A stretch of 64,000 nt of DNA from Octopus bimaculoides (GCF_001194135.2 NC_068994.1:17978558-18042557), one strand, 5' to 3'; shown: positions 13,172-27,944, counted from the first letter of the stretch. A program made the numbers and translations. Notes: generated by a model not told the origin, from the letters alone.

Positions 13172-13460
13172 CCCACGGGCATATGGCATAGTGGTTAAGA
13201 GTNNNNNNNNNNCCCACGGGCATATGGCATAGTGGTTAAGAGTGCAGGCTACTAACCCCAAGATTCCGAGTTTGATTCCAGGTAGTGACCTGAATAATAA
13301 TACTAATAATAATAAAAATAACATCAAAAAATACCTTAGGAATGGGAACCCAGGTTCGAACTTTCCTCAAGCCACCCGATGAAGGCTGGAGGGTATATCA
13401 GCCGAAACGTTGTGTTAACAACAAACAAGATGAGCACAAATATGCGTCAAATAAATAACG
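13172..13460 (+). mobile_element. tRNA-headed terminal unit of or next to the Penelope element (Pol III A/B boxes, (AAT)n, hammerhead)
   Basis: A-box-like TGGCATAGTGGTT (13225-13237) and B-box-like GAGTTTGATTCC (13268-13279), then (AAT)n, then the hammerhead motif. Confidence 0.7.
13373..13414 (+). ncRNA. Minimal type I hammerhead ribozyme-like motif (U4->C variant)
   Basis: CAC-CCGATGA-A-GGCTG/loop/CAGCC-GAAAC-GTT-GTG: stem I CAC/GTG, stem II GGCTG/CAGCC, palindromic AACGTT in place of stem III. Confidence 0.75.
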
Positions 13461-14015
13461 TATATTAAAAATTGTTGCCCCTATTGGAGTGGGTAGTGGG
13501 GGGGAATGGAGAGTAAGCATTGTAAATATAAGTATTATGAGCATTGTAAATGTAAGCGTTACTGCTGCAAGTATAATCAGTCAATGTTTAAGTTTAATAA
13601 ATGAGCTGCTATTGGTTAGTCCATTATGTATAGACAGAAAGAGGTTGGTGGATTGGAGGGATGAGGTGTATGCATGTCACTCTCGCCTCCCCCACCTCCC
13701 AACACCTTCACATCACACCACGCTACACCATATCACACAACGCATCATATCACAACATACCACCACGCACACACCAGCACTGACCAATTCCCATCCCCAC
13801 ATTTTCACACCTTCACACCTACATACACACAGGCAAACGTTAAGATCACCAGCATTCTCTCATACACACGCACCTTCGTTTTGGGATCACTACTTCTTTG
13901 TTATCTCCCCTTCTTCTTAACTCTCCTGTGTGATCCTTCTGTCCGGCATTCGCCATGATAGATCGCTGACCACTACATATATATATTTTTTCTCTCCTTG
14001 TTTCTTTCTGTGTTC

Positions 14016-14051
14016 CTTTCTGTTGAAGAGCGTAGGCTCAAAACGTTAAAG
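14016..14051 (+). ncRNA. Second, degenerate minimal hammerhead-like motif
   Basis: CTTT-CTGTTGA-A-GAGC/GTAG/GCTC-AAAAC-GTT-AAAG: stem I CTTT/AAAG, stem II GAGC/GCTC; core substitutions at A6 and G12. Confidence 0.55.
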
Positions 14052-14137
14052 ACTTTCTCTGTTCCCAAGCGTTATACTAATACATCCATTTGTTGTTTAC
14101 ACCACCTGTCTTTGTCTGCTGTTTTTTCGTGAATTCT

Positions 14138-14185
<48 letters not shown>

Positions 14186-14330
14186 GACTCATACATATGC
14201 ATACCTGTTTGTGTACATCTGTGCATGGGGATACATGTGCGTAAGTGCATGGATGTGTGTGTGCATGTGTATGTTTGTTTACATTTTTACATCAATGAAA
14301 TCATTTTATTGCAAGTAACATATATGCCTC

Positions 14331-14368
<38 letters not shown>

Positions 14369-16509
14369 TGATAAATATAATTTGCAATAAAAATTTAATT
14401 TCATTTTCATTAAAATACTGGTGAATTCAGAGCTCAATACAGTTCACCGCCTCTGACTGTCAGTCACTGTCCCTCCATTTGTTGTTTTACTCTTTTTTTC
14501 CCTAGCATCTTTGGAACAAAACCTTTAAATACTGCTGCTTGCTTTAGTATCTCTCACTGCCACTCACTCCCACTTTGTCTGTTGTTTTACTCTTCCTTTC
14601 CTACTGCATACAATGTGAGCACCAGGGACACACTTAGTGTTTTATTATAGTAGGAGATAAATATAACACACACACACTCAGTATTGTGAGTGTTGGAAAG
14701 TATAATGCCTCAATGAGAAGTTTCATGCTGAATGAGATAAAGTACTCATCTCTAAGGCATTGAACTTTATATGTGCATGTGCATTATATATGCACATATA
14801 TATGCATGCATATTCTTTTATTTGTTTCAGTCATTTGACTGTGGCCATGCTGAAGCACCACTTTATAAATATGTATAATGTATATGCATACATATATGCA
14901 ATATATACACATAATTATGCACACACACACACAAATATATTGGTATAGATTCATGTATATGCTTATGTGTGTGTGTGTGCATGTGTGTGTACTCACACCC
15001 ATGTGTGTATACATGTATGTGTACATGTATATGCAAATATATTATATGCCTGTCTGTATGTGTGTGTATGGTGGGCAATATATGTAAGTGTGTGTATGTG
15101 TATGCTTCAGTTAGTGGCTTCACATATTTTTCTGACACACTGCTGGAAATATCTACTAATACTTGTTAGTGCTTGAAAGATGTGGGTATTTTTGCACCAG
15201 CAGCTTCAAAGCTTCTCAAATAGGCTGGCATCATTGAAAATTCCCTGCAACTTTTTTTTATAATTGATTTACTGTTAGCGTAGTGTGAGTGGTAACTTGC
15301 CAGAGTGAAGGAGCTAGTGTACAGCAATTCAAGTCCTATTAACTACTTTGTACTTTATTGGTGATGGCCATGATAGATAGCCACCCATTACACACACACA
15401 CACACACACATGGTAAGGGAGAGAGAGAGAGAGAGAGAAAGGTGGGGTTGTAAGTTTATTGTTATTAGAACTTGATCCAACTCCAGTTTTTTTTATTAGA
15501 TACTATTTCAAAACATTTCAAAAATCACCACCACCATCACCATTGTTTCTGGTTATCGACAGTAATAATAATAAAAACGATAGTGGTGATGATGATGATG
15601 ATCCCACCACCACCATTAACAGCAGCAGCAGCAGCAACAACAACAACAACAACAACAACAACACCTTATTATATATACCATTCATTCTCAACACATATAT
15701 TATAACTCCATTCATCTCCGAAGAGTGGAATTATTGCCAGTATGCTTATCTTTTGATTACATTGTGGTTGCAATAAATGTCCGTGAAACGATCGTCAGAT
15801 GTTTTTTAATTTTTTAATTTTTAGACTTTATAATATTTATGCTCAATTACGCATAAATTTTTATATGCATTTATATACACATGTATCTTTATGTACATTT
15901 ATATTTTTATATATATTTATATTTATATTTCGTATATCTTAGATTTTAATCTAATTATAATTCAAAATATTACCATGACATATTAGACATATATCTTTCG
16001 AAATTTGAATATTGATTTCCTGTGAATATTATTGATAATTTTATAAATCTATTAATGATATAAAAATACATATATATATATTTATTTGCTCAAAATAATA
16101 GAGCACTTAATATAAGTTCAGTAACATATTCTTTTAGAATATTCCTTATAAAATTTATATATATGCATGTGTGTGTATATATATGTTTGTGCATATGTGT
16201 GTATATATATATATATATATATNNNNNNNNNNNNNNNNNNNNNNNNNNNNNNNNNNNNNNNNNNNNNNNNNNNNNNNNNNNNNNNNNNNNNNNNNNNNNN
16301 NNNNNNNNNNNNNNNNNNNNNNNNNNNNNNNNNNNNNNNNNNNNNNNNNNNNNNNNNNNNNNNNNNNNNNNNNNNNNNNNNNNNNNNNNNNNNNNNNNNN
16401 NNNNNNNNNNNNNNNNNNNNNNNNNNNNNNNNNNNNNNNNNNNNNNNNNNNNNNNNNNNNNNNNNNNNNNNNNNNNNNNNNNNNNNNNNNNNNNNNNNNN
16501 NNNNNNNNG

Positions 16510-16715
16510 CAGTGATGGGGGCCAAACGCACTCACACACACACACACACACACACGATGGGCTTTTTTCAGTTTCCATTACAAAATCTACTCACAAGGCT
16601 TTGGTCTGTTTGAGGCTGTAGTAGAAGACACTTGCCCTAGGTGCCATGCAGTGGAACTGGACCCAGAACCATGTGGTTCAGAAGCAAGCTTCTTACCACA
16701 TAGCCATGCCTGTAT
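16510..16715 (-). mobile_element. SINE family S1 head, broken at its internal microsatellite next to a gap
   Basis: TTTCAGTTTCC...CACAAGGCTTTGGTC...AGAAGACACTTGCCCTAGGTGCC...CTTACCACATAGCC. Confidence 0.85.
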
Positions 16716-16849
16716 ATTTATGCTTGGGTATATATACATATGCATTGTGTGTGTACATATTTATCACTTACCTAGGTAGAGATTAGTGACAGATAGATAC
16801 ATTGGCAGATAGTATTGTAATTTATTTTCAAACAGTAGCTTATTGATGT

Positions 16850-17195
16850 AGGTTACATCTTCAGAGTTTGCATAAATTGCAACATCTTGGTGTTTCACCT
16901 GCATCCCTATCTGTTTTTCACATCAGATATTTTATTGTTATTTCCTGTTTCTGGATTGCATAATCATAACATTTACAATGCAAGCTAAGATACTAATGTT
17001 TGGTTCATGATAGAAAAGTTTGATTTCAATGTTACTATCACTTAGAAATTTTCTTAACAACACTGCCATTCATGACATTCACTAATAAAGAACAGAAAGC
17101 CTTTATTTGATGTTCTGTCACAACTTCCTTAGCAATGTTTATCTGGTCATCAGTTACAGAATACTTTTGAAAGGATTCTTTTCCAACTCTCTCAT
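16850..17195 (-). mobile_element. Highly degraded non-LTR reverse transcriptase fragment
   Basis: Minus frames give ESFQKYSVTDDQINIAKEV..KAFCSL and later R*GC and IYAN, in the order of the QxGFR..STxDQI, KAFDSV, RQGC and YADD motifs. Confidence 0.5.
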
Positions 17196-17609
17196 GTTAC
17201 TTGTCTTGCACGTGCAGCATGTGTGTGTATGTGTGTGTGTGTGTGTGTGTAGTTGTTTTATATTATAGATGTATGTATGTCTGTGTATGTGCGAATATGT
17301 TTGCATGTGAGTGAATGTATGTATATGTATATTTTGTATGCTTGTGTGCGTAATTATATGTATATGTGTATGAATGCATCCATGTATGTATATATGTATG
17401 TACATAATGTGTCTATATGTAAGTACATATGATTGCATATATGCATGATTGTATGTATATATGATTTCTCTTCTTGAATAGGAGTTTTAAGGTTCATTTT
17501 GTTAAACCACCTGCTTGGAGATAAGTTTCTTGCTCTCTTCATCATCTTTCATACAACCATCCATCCATCATTTAATTCTATGAATGCTTTGCAGATTATT
17601 ATTGTCCTA

Positions 17610-17960
17610 GATATTATAATCAAGTATGAAATGTAGGAGTATAGGAGAATGCTACAAATCTCTTACCAGGATCATCGGGCAAATGAGTTGGTGTTATATC
17701 AAGGAGGTGAAAGACGACTCCTGAACACTGTGAAAAAATTGCAAGCTCATCTATTTTGGCAATATTCAAAGAAGCTGAGGTCTGGAAAACATTACCATGG
17801 AAGGAAGAGTATAGAATAGTAGATCAAGAAGCAGACAAAAAATGCAATGGATGGACAATATCACAAGATGGTTGGGCAAGAATGGCAAGGCAGCTGGTGA
17901 AATCGCTCTTAATCAGGAAGACTTCCATTGTAGTGTCATCAATGCGATACAGGGCATGTG
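17610..17960 (+). mobile_element. RTE-type LINE RT C-terminal remnant
   Basis: YEM*EYRRMLQISYQDHRANE...LNTVKKLQ, resembling FEMWxYRRMLxISWxDHxTNE. Confidence 0.7.
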
Positions 17961-18199
17961 ATATATGATGATAACAAGTATGTGAATTATGAGCTATATT
18001 CTTTCTCCAAGTATTCAAGTTGAACCATCCATTGATGGTGAAGTGATCCATATATTGTCACTCCAGTAATAATTGATATAAAACTGAAACTGTATTTTGG
18101 AATCCTGATTTATAAATTCCTCATAAATAGTCTGTAGATACCTTTTCTCCCCCTGTATTTTTCTTATCAAATTTTTTGTCAAATCAATTGCTTCTGCAT

Positions 18200-20560
<2,361 letters not shown>

Positions 20561-21323
20561 ATAAACTTTCATTGATAGATGTGTTTAGCCTTAAATCCAG
20601 ATTCCAATTCACTTGTTACTGATTTTCTTGGCTTGCTGTCAAAATTCTTATCATACATAAACTGACTTTGCCACTGTTATCCACTATTTCATTGTCTCTG
20701 TCTTATATGCAAGCAACAAAGTTTCTCACACAGTAAACCAATCTATTTCTGCTGAGGCAATAAATCTAAACTGTCAGATTCTTCAGATTTCTGTAGAATA
20801 TTTGCTTCATTCTTCTGATTCAATATATTTTTATGACCTTAGTATTCATTGTTTCTTATTTCTGTTAAGTGTTGAAGTGCATTTTTGTTGTTTTTTTTTT
20901 TTCTCTTTTAACTATTGTTGATGATGTATTGTTTTCATATGAATTACATAACAGCTTTTCAGTAGAATAGAAAGAACTGGTAGGTCACTGCTTACCAATT
21001 CTGCTGATTATATTGATAAGAAACTCCTTACAGTTATTGGGTTAATGTGGCATTCTGTTAATTTATATTAATCTAATTATGATAAGTAATTATTTGTTTT
21101 ATTACCAATCTGGTGTAGACATATATAGTTATATAATGATAGAGTTATTGTCTCTGAAAGAAAAATAACAAGAAAGAAAATAAGCAAGTGCCTTAGCTTC
21201 CTTAACTATGATGCAGTGTCCTTCTCCCTGATGCAACTTCCGTCTCCATGCTGTACCATTGCCAACATCATTTCACTAAATCATATTTAAAGGAAGTAGT
21301 TATTTCTCAATAATTGAAAGTTT

Positions 21324-21600
21324 GTGGTAAAATTACTTGATAATGTGCATAGCTCAGAGATCAGGGAGTTTGTCCAGGTTGAGTCACTACTTCTCTGCAT
21401 GGAGAGGTTACAGGTTCAATATTATGGACATGTGATTAGAATGTTGCAGGAAAGAATTGTAAGACAGATTCTTCAAGCTGAGCCAACTGACAGGAAATCT
21501 AGGGGATAGACTGAGAAAGAGATGGTTGGATAATATTCGCAATCACATTTAGACTTGGAAATAATGCTGGAAAGTGTGGGTAGAAAAGATGAATGTTGTA
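21324..21600 (+). mobile_element. LINE RT C-terminal remnant (RTE-like)
   Basis: SEIRE..VESLLLCMERLQVQYYGHVIRMLQERIVRQIL..KSRG, matching RLRWYGHVxRM..GKRPRG. Confidence 0.8.
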
Positions 21601-21789
21601 CATGAATAGCTAAGTCTGAAGCACAATGAAGTGTTAATTCATAGTTTTTCTGGTTTCTCTGCTGGTTGGCTCTAATCAAACTGATCCATGATTTAACATA
21701 TACAGGCCATAACTATCTTATCTTGTTGCATATCTATGACTACATTATTCAGTTCTTTATTTTAAGATGGTAGAGTGTGATTTTTGATG

Positions 21790-22230
21790 GATGTTTGGCT
21801 GCTATTTCTGTGGGCTGCTACCAAGACACCAGAACTTTAGTGTGTTGATGCCCAGAGAAGCAGCAGGTTCAAGATATGGTGACTGATGGAACATATTTGT
21901 CTGGTTGCATGTCTCTGGACAGTTTCCAGTAAACTGATGTTTTGGACAAGATGGGGCTTCCAGACTGGAAATGCAAACCATAAGTGTGGACATACCATAG
22001 CCATATATAGTTTTAAATAGCCAGTAAGTGGTGGCTGATGGATGTCTTACTGTGTGATGCTAAAACACCTTCAGCCTTTTTGGTGATTTTATAAATGTGA
22101 TTCATCCAACACAGATCATTGTTAATAATGCCTAGGTTGCATTTACCACCAGACCTCTTAAGGTTGGTGTTCTGGGGGCAATAGATCAATTCAAGGATTT
22201 TCCTTACAAAATGTCTAATAATAATAGTCC
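21790..22230 (-). mobile_element. CR1/L2-type LINE RT C-terminal remnant
   Basis: NLGII.NDLCWMNHIYKITKKAEG, then after a frameshift MVCPHL.FAFPVWKPHLVQNISLLETVQRHATRQI. Confidence 0.8.
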
Positions 22231-22565
22231 ACTTTTCTACAACCAGCTTTAGTTAACCGCTCAATGATTTATTTCTGCATTGTGTCCAGTAAAAGAGTAA
22301 TAAATAAATAAATATATATATATACATATTTATATACATACATACATATATGGGACTGAACCCGGAACCATGTGGTTGGTAAGCAAGCTACTTACCACAC
22401 AGCCACTCCTGTGTATGTATATGGAGATGTCCTCCTGGGGCTAAAAGCAACAGTAACATCCACCCCTAGGGGTCAGCCACACTTAAGTGGCAATATATTT
22501 CACTTTATCGTGCAGTTACTGTTAATACTTCATTTAGAGAATTAACATTGCTTATNNNNNNNNNN

Positions 22566-22607
<42 letters not shown>

Positions 22608-22811
22608 CAACCTGCACAGATAATTTGTGTACAGTGATGAAATATTTCTACCATACATTAGCTCACTCCTACCATCAAATCAGTATTGGTTGTACAATTG
22701 CACAGTGTACCACATAAAGCCAGATCTACCACTAGGTAAACTAGGCGACTGCTTAGGGTAGCAACATGTAAGGGTAGGCAAAATCTGGGGATGTTTTGGG
22801 AGGTGCTGACT

Positions 22812-22856
<45 letters not shown>

Positions 22857-23744
22857 AAGGAATTTATTATTATAATGTGATAATTTTGTCATTATAACAA
22901 AAATATTCACTTATCAAATCATCAGCCATTAGTAAGTAAAGTTTGNNNNNNNNNNNNNNNNNNNNNNNNNNNNNNNNNNNNNNNNNNNNNNNNNNNNNNN
23001 NNNNNNNNNNNNNNNNNNNNNNNNNNNNNNNNNNNNNNNNNNNNNNNNNNNNNNNNNNNNNNNNNNNNNNNNNNNNNNNNNNNNNNNNNNNNNNNNNNNN
23101 NNNNNNNNNNNNNNNNNNNNNNNNNNNNNNNNNNNNNNNNNNNNNNNNNNNNNNNNNNNNNNNNNNNNNNNNNNNNNNNNNNNNNNNNNNNNNNNNNNNN
23201 NNNNNNNNNNNNNNNNNNNNNNNNNNNNNNNNNNNNNNNNNNNNNNNNNNNNNNNNNNNNNNNNNNNNNNNNNNNNNNNNNNNNNNNNNNNNNNNNNNNN
23301 NNNNNNNNNNNNNNNNNNNNNNNNNNNNNNNNNNNNNNNNNNNNNNNNNNNNNNNNNNNNNNNNNNNNNNNNNNNNNNNNNNNNNNNNNNNNNNNNNNNN
23401 NNNNNNNNNNNNNNNNNNNNNNNNNNNNNNNNNNNNNNNNNNNNNNNNNNNNNNNNNNNNNNNNNNNNNNNNNNNNNNNNNNNNNNNNNNNNNNNNNNNN
23501 NNNNNNNNNNNNNNNNNNNNNNNNNNNNNNNNNNNNNNNNNNNNNNNNNNNNNNNNNNNNNNNNNNNNNNNNNNNNNNNNNNNNNNNNNNNNNNNNNNNN
23601 NNNNNNNNNNNNNNNNNNNNNNNNNNNNNNNNNNNNNNNNNNNNNNNNNNNNNNNNNNNNNNNNNNNNNNNNNNNNNNNNNNNNNNNNNNNNNNNNNNNN
23701 NNNNNNNNNNNNNNNNNNNNNNNNNNNNNNNNNNNNNNNNNNNN

Positions 23745-23783
<39 letters not shown>

Positions 23784-24259
23784 TAATGTACCAATGTCTC
23801 TGCAAAAAAATAAAAATCAGCATCGGTCAGGCATTGGCAAAATTTTTATGTACACAGTGGCTTTTTGTGGAGAATTTTTTCTCAGGAATTAAATCATGGA
23901 GGAGCCAGGGAGGTTTTTAAAAAGAAGTTTTTTTCCACAGGCATATTCCAATGGGATTTTTAGCTCCTTTTTCACTTAATATCAATCATATGATTGATAA
24001 TTATTTAATAAATATTTATATTAAATTCTTATATAATGTTTGCTTCAAGAAACCATTCAAATTCTATGAGTAAGACCTGTCATATTTGTTTGAGTAATAT
24101 ACTCAATTATATTGAACTTCACTTAAACTGTTTTTGTAATCTATCTAATAAAATAGAGTTGTGTATGAATTTGATTTTCATGCCAAAATGGCTGCATGAA
24201 GTGCCTCCATATTTGGCATGTGTAAATGATTTCATTGCAGAAAAATAATAGGGTATTCA

Positions 24260-24470
24260 GTTTATTTTTTTCTTAAAAATTAATAATATTGCCTTATGTA
24301 TATGATCCACTTCTTTCAAAAGGTTTTTCAATATCAACTTCCGATATGGATGTAGCAATGGAGAATTGTTCGTTTTCATTTGCAAATTCTCTCACTTTCT
24401 CTTTGAATGTTTTCATTTCAAGTTTTAATACACTATTTGCAAACAACTACGATAACTTACTGAAAGAAGT
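24260..24470. repeat. Unclassified dispersed repeat, homologous to 55600-55800
   Basis: Shared TTTTCATTTGCAAA.TCTCTCACT...GATGTTTTCATTTCAAGTTTTAAT.CACTATTT.CAAACAACTACGATAA.TTACTGAAAGAA. Confidence 0.8.
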
Positions 24471-25329
24471 AACAACCTTGGGAGGAGCCTTTTTGATAAA
24501 AAATATAAAAAAAATAATTGTAAATATTTTCAGAGGAAAAAGAGTACGATTCAAGGGAGATTTGGCTGTTGTTTCTTGCACATCCCAAACCACCCTCCAT
24601 TTTCACACTAGCATCTATTTATTGAAAAGCGTCAATACATTACGGAGATGTACTTGCATGGCAAGTGACTTGATCTGAGATCGTGAGCTGAAACAAAAAC
24701 AATTGCAGTGTGGAAGATATTTGTAATGTTTTAACAACGCATAAAAACTGTTAGTTTCACTTCATATAAATTTCATTTGTATCAAAATATTTTTGTCACT
24801 TTGAAACTGCAACCTGTTCACTAACAAAGCTTGGCCAAGTTTTGTCAATGACAAATATCTTCCATGCTGCAATTGTCACCAATACATTTGACAGTGAGAA
24901 AGAAATGATAATCATAATTCATTCTGTTTAAAAGGTATTTGTATTAAATTTCATTAAAAGCTGTACATTTTCCTGAAAGTTATGAGGGAAAAAAGTTGGA
25001 TCATGTGAATTTTCCAAAACTCCTCTCCCCACCCTCTCAGAAAAATTCTTTCCCATAAATCCCTAGATAGTCTGCATCCACAGCATCTAAACTGTATTTG
25101 TTGAAAATTTTGTTAAAAAGTATATATTTTTCTAGAAGTTATGAGGTAACAGTCAGGTGGGGGTACACATCTGTAGTTATGCAGCTATATCTATGTATGT
25201 ATATATCTATCTAACGAGATTTCCAAGTTTAGTTTTGTAACTTCATTTATTCTTTGGTATAATATTCTTTTTGAAATTAACATTACTACCAAAAAATTTC
25301 AGTCAAAAGATTTAACCATAGACTCTGCA

Positions 25330-25899
25330 CTATGTTATTGATTGCAGAAGTGATAAAAAATTTGAAGGAGTACTCTTTGATGCTTGTGAGGTAGCTGATG
25401 AGTTTGGTATGTGTGCAAAATTTGAAGCAAAGCCAGTGTGCATTAGAAGGGAAAAATGAACCTATCCAGGCTAGTAAACAAAGCTACAAAATAAATTTTT
25501 ATTTTGCAATACTGGATACATCAATTAACTCAGTTTCAGAATGCTTTGAACAACTGAAACAGATAAATTCCATCTTCGGCTTTCTGTAAGATATAAATCT
25601 TTGCAATATAAAACTTCTCATCAAGTAATGGAATTTTGCATAAAACTTGAGTCTACCCTACAGGCTGGAGAGTCAAAGGATATTGATGCTAAAGGTTTGT
25701 CTAATGAACTGAATGTCATATCAAGAAGACTTGAAAAATTCTATGGTCCTCTGAACGTGCTTGGGCTACTTCGTGAGCAGCAACAAAGAGAAAGCTTTCC
25801 AAATTTGTACATCACTCTCAGAATCTTGCTAACCCTACCAGTAAGTGTTGCAAGCAGAGAGTGTAGCTTTTCAAAACTTAAATTAATAAAGACATATCT
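25330..25899 (+). mobile_element. hAT transposase C-terminal fragment including the dimerisation domain (pseudogenised)
   Basis: YKINFYFAILDTSINSVSECFEQ...ESFPNLYITLRILLTLPVSVASRECSFSKLKLIKTY; runs into a gap. Confidence 0.92.
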
Positions 25900-26249
25900 N
25901 NNNNNNNNNNNNNNNNNNNNNNNNNNNNNNNNNNNNNNNNNNNNNNNNNNNNNNNNNNNNNNNNNNNNNNNNNNNNNNNNNNNNNNNNNNNNNNNNNNNA
26001 AATAAGGCATCAGTAGTGCTTTTACCTGGCACGAACCCAAACTGCATTTATTTTTAATACATTACTGCTCTATGCTTTATCAAATTGTCCTTCAGAAATT
26101 GGATGTATTTGGCATTATTCAAGTTACTGTCAATTTTAACCAACTTTCTTGAGCCATCACATTTTATGTATTCTTACCCCCAGACTTCATTGTCTGCGAT
26201 GTGTAATATAGGTTGTTTCGCTTTCCTGGAGGCCTTTTGACAAATTTTC

Positions 26250-26870
26250 ACTTATTAGAAATTGAAACGACCCATATTACACGACGAAAACAGTGAAGTT
26301 TTGGGGTAAGTGTCTGATGCTTTAGGGATACATAAAAAGTGATGGTTCAAGAAAGTTGGTTAAAATTGACAGTAACTTCAATAGTGCCAAATACATCCAG
26401 TTTCTGAAGAACAATTTGATAACAGACTTGGATGAAGGTGAGATTTTTTAGCATGACGGAACTCCATGCCACAGATCACATGCAATGCAACAGAATCTGG
26501 CTGATGACGGTGTTACCATATTGAAAGATTTGCCAGCTCAGAGCTTTGACTTCAATATCATCAAGCAAATGTGGTCAGAACTAAAGAGAACAGTTTGTCA
26601 GAAGAATCCATGCATTCTTGAAGAGTTGTGGGAACTCAGCCACAGAGAATGGCATCACATACCTGTGAAGATGGTGAAGGATTTATACTCATCTCTTCCC
26701 AGGCACATTGAAGTAATTATTCAAGCTAAGGGAAGCGACACGAAATATTAACAATGTACAGGAACTTCTTGAAATGAATATTATGTAATAGACTTTCATT
26801 ATAGAAATTTTTCTGTTTTAAAACACTGTATCTTGACCGGTTTATATGTGGTGGCCGAAAACTTTTACAC
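26250..26870 (+). mobile_element. Tc1-family transposase DDE region (pseudogenised)
   Basis: KTVKFWG..F*HDGTPCH..LPAQSFDFNIIKQMWSELK..LYSSLPRHIEVIIQAKGSDTKY; TIR-like AAAACTTTTACACGG near 26860. Confidence 0.92.
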
Positions 26871-26929
26871 GGCCATTTTTGGTGGCCATTTCACATGTTC
26901 CCCTCTCATTCAGAACCCCTACTACAAAA

Positions 26930-27068
26930 TATAATGATTAGGTATGAAAATGACTCCAACAGGGCCAATGTTTCATCTGTAAAAAGTGCAATGCGAAACA
27001 TCCACTTATGTTGACAATTAGTAGAAATTTACAATAGTTTAAAGTGGCTGAAGACTTTTGCATGGTAC

Positions 27069-27070
<2 letters not shown>
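26930..27070 (-). mobile_element. Tc1-type terminal inverted repeat fragment
   Basis: Reverse complement begins CAGTACCATGCAAAAGTCTT, beside a TG/TA microsatellite. Confidence 0.55.
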
Positions 27071-27130
<60 letters not shown>

Positions 27131-27288
27131 TATACATACACACACATATAGATATGCAGACAGACAGACATTTATCTAACTATCTAACTATTTTCAAATA
27201 CCTACATACATTGACAGCACTTCAAGACACAATTTCAGCATCTTTATAAACTTATTGCTTTGTTTATCTGATCTTATCAAAGTAAATT

Positions 27289-27337
27289 GACTTTGAATCT
27301 ATTGAAAAATAAATCTATTTTCAACAGATTCAAAGTC
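27289..27337. other. Near-perfect inverted repeat (20-bp arms, 9-nt loop)
   Basis: GACTTTGAATCTATTGAAAA ... TTTTCAACAGATTCAAAGTC, 19/20 complementary. Confidence 0.9.
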
Positions 27338-27649
27338 TGTTTATTCTGTAAAAGCAAGCTCTGAAAAAGTTTTCAAATCTCACTTTATAATATCAGTAGG
27401 GGAAGTAAGTAACCTAGCTAAATTCAAAAAGGAAGACTGAACAACATACCCAGAATATCATACCTGTCATGTTCTACTAAATACACTACCTGACAAAATA
27501 TGCAACATGATCCAACAGTAGACTGAAGCACAGTTTGTCTAGTTTGAAATCAATTGGCTACTTCCATGACTATGGTCCACTCAACAACTACAATAACAAC
27601 AACACCAGTATGGTAGCAATGGTGACAGCAGCAACAACATAATTTTTAA

Positions 27650-27869
27650 CCCTTAAGTGTTTAAACTGGTCATATCCAGCCAAAATATTCTACATGTTTT
27701 ATACTCAAACTGGCGATATCTAGCCTCTCACACCTTACCTACATTGACATTCTAAAAATAAACAATCACATCATTGAAACCTCAAAGCTATAAGATAATG
27801 CATGATTAATTCAAAACGATTTGAGTGAAAAAGTATTATATTTAACAGAGTAATCTGAACACTAAAGGG
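27650..27869. mobile_element. piggyBac-like MITE copy
   Basis: TTAA|CCCTTAAG...CTAAAGGG|TTAA, homologous to 4583-4800. Confidence 0.8.
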
Positions 27870-27944
27870 TTAAACTATTTTTTGGGTTTTTTTTCTCAGT
27901 CCTTTCCAAAAATCATTTATCATTAACTTCAAGATATTGGTGTA

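Noticed and set aside
13172-13240. Apparent ~30-bp direct repeat of the tRNA-like head
   Set aside because: The copies flank a 10-N gap (13203-13212), typical of unmerged contig overlap.
13213-13290. Possible tRNA gene
   Set aside because: A and B boxes are present but I could not build a full cloverleaf or acceptor stem; treated as a tRNA-derived head. The same applies to all SINE heads.
13489-13920. 143-aa plus-strand ORF downstream of the Penelope element
   Set aside because: Low-complexity H/T-rich translation of CA-rich sequence with no domain signal.
20580-20830. Minus-strand RT-like words (SGFKAKH)
   Set aside because: Only one short motif and many stops; probably a LINE remnant but too weak to list as a feature.
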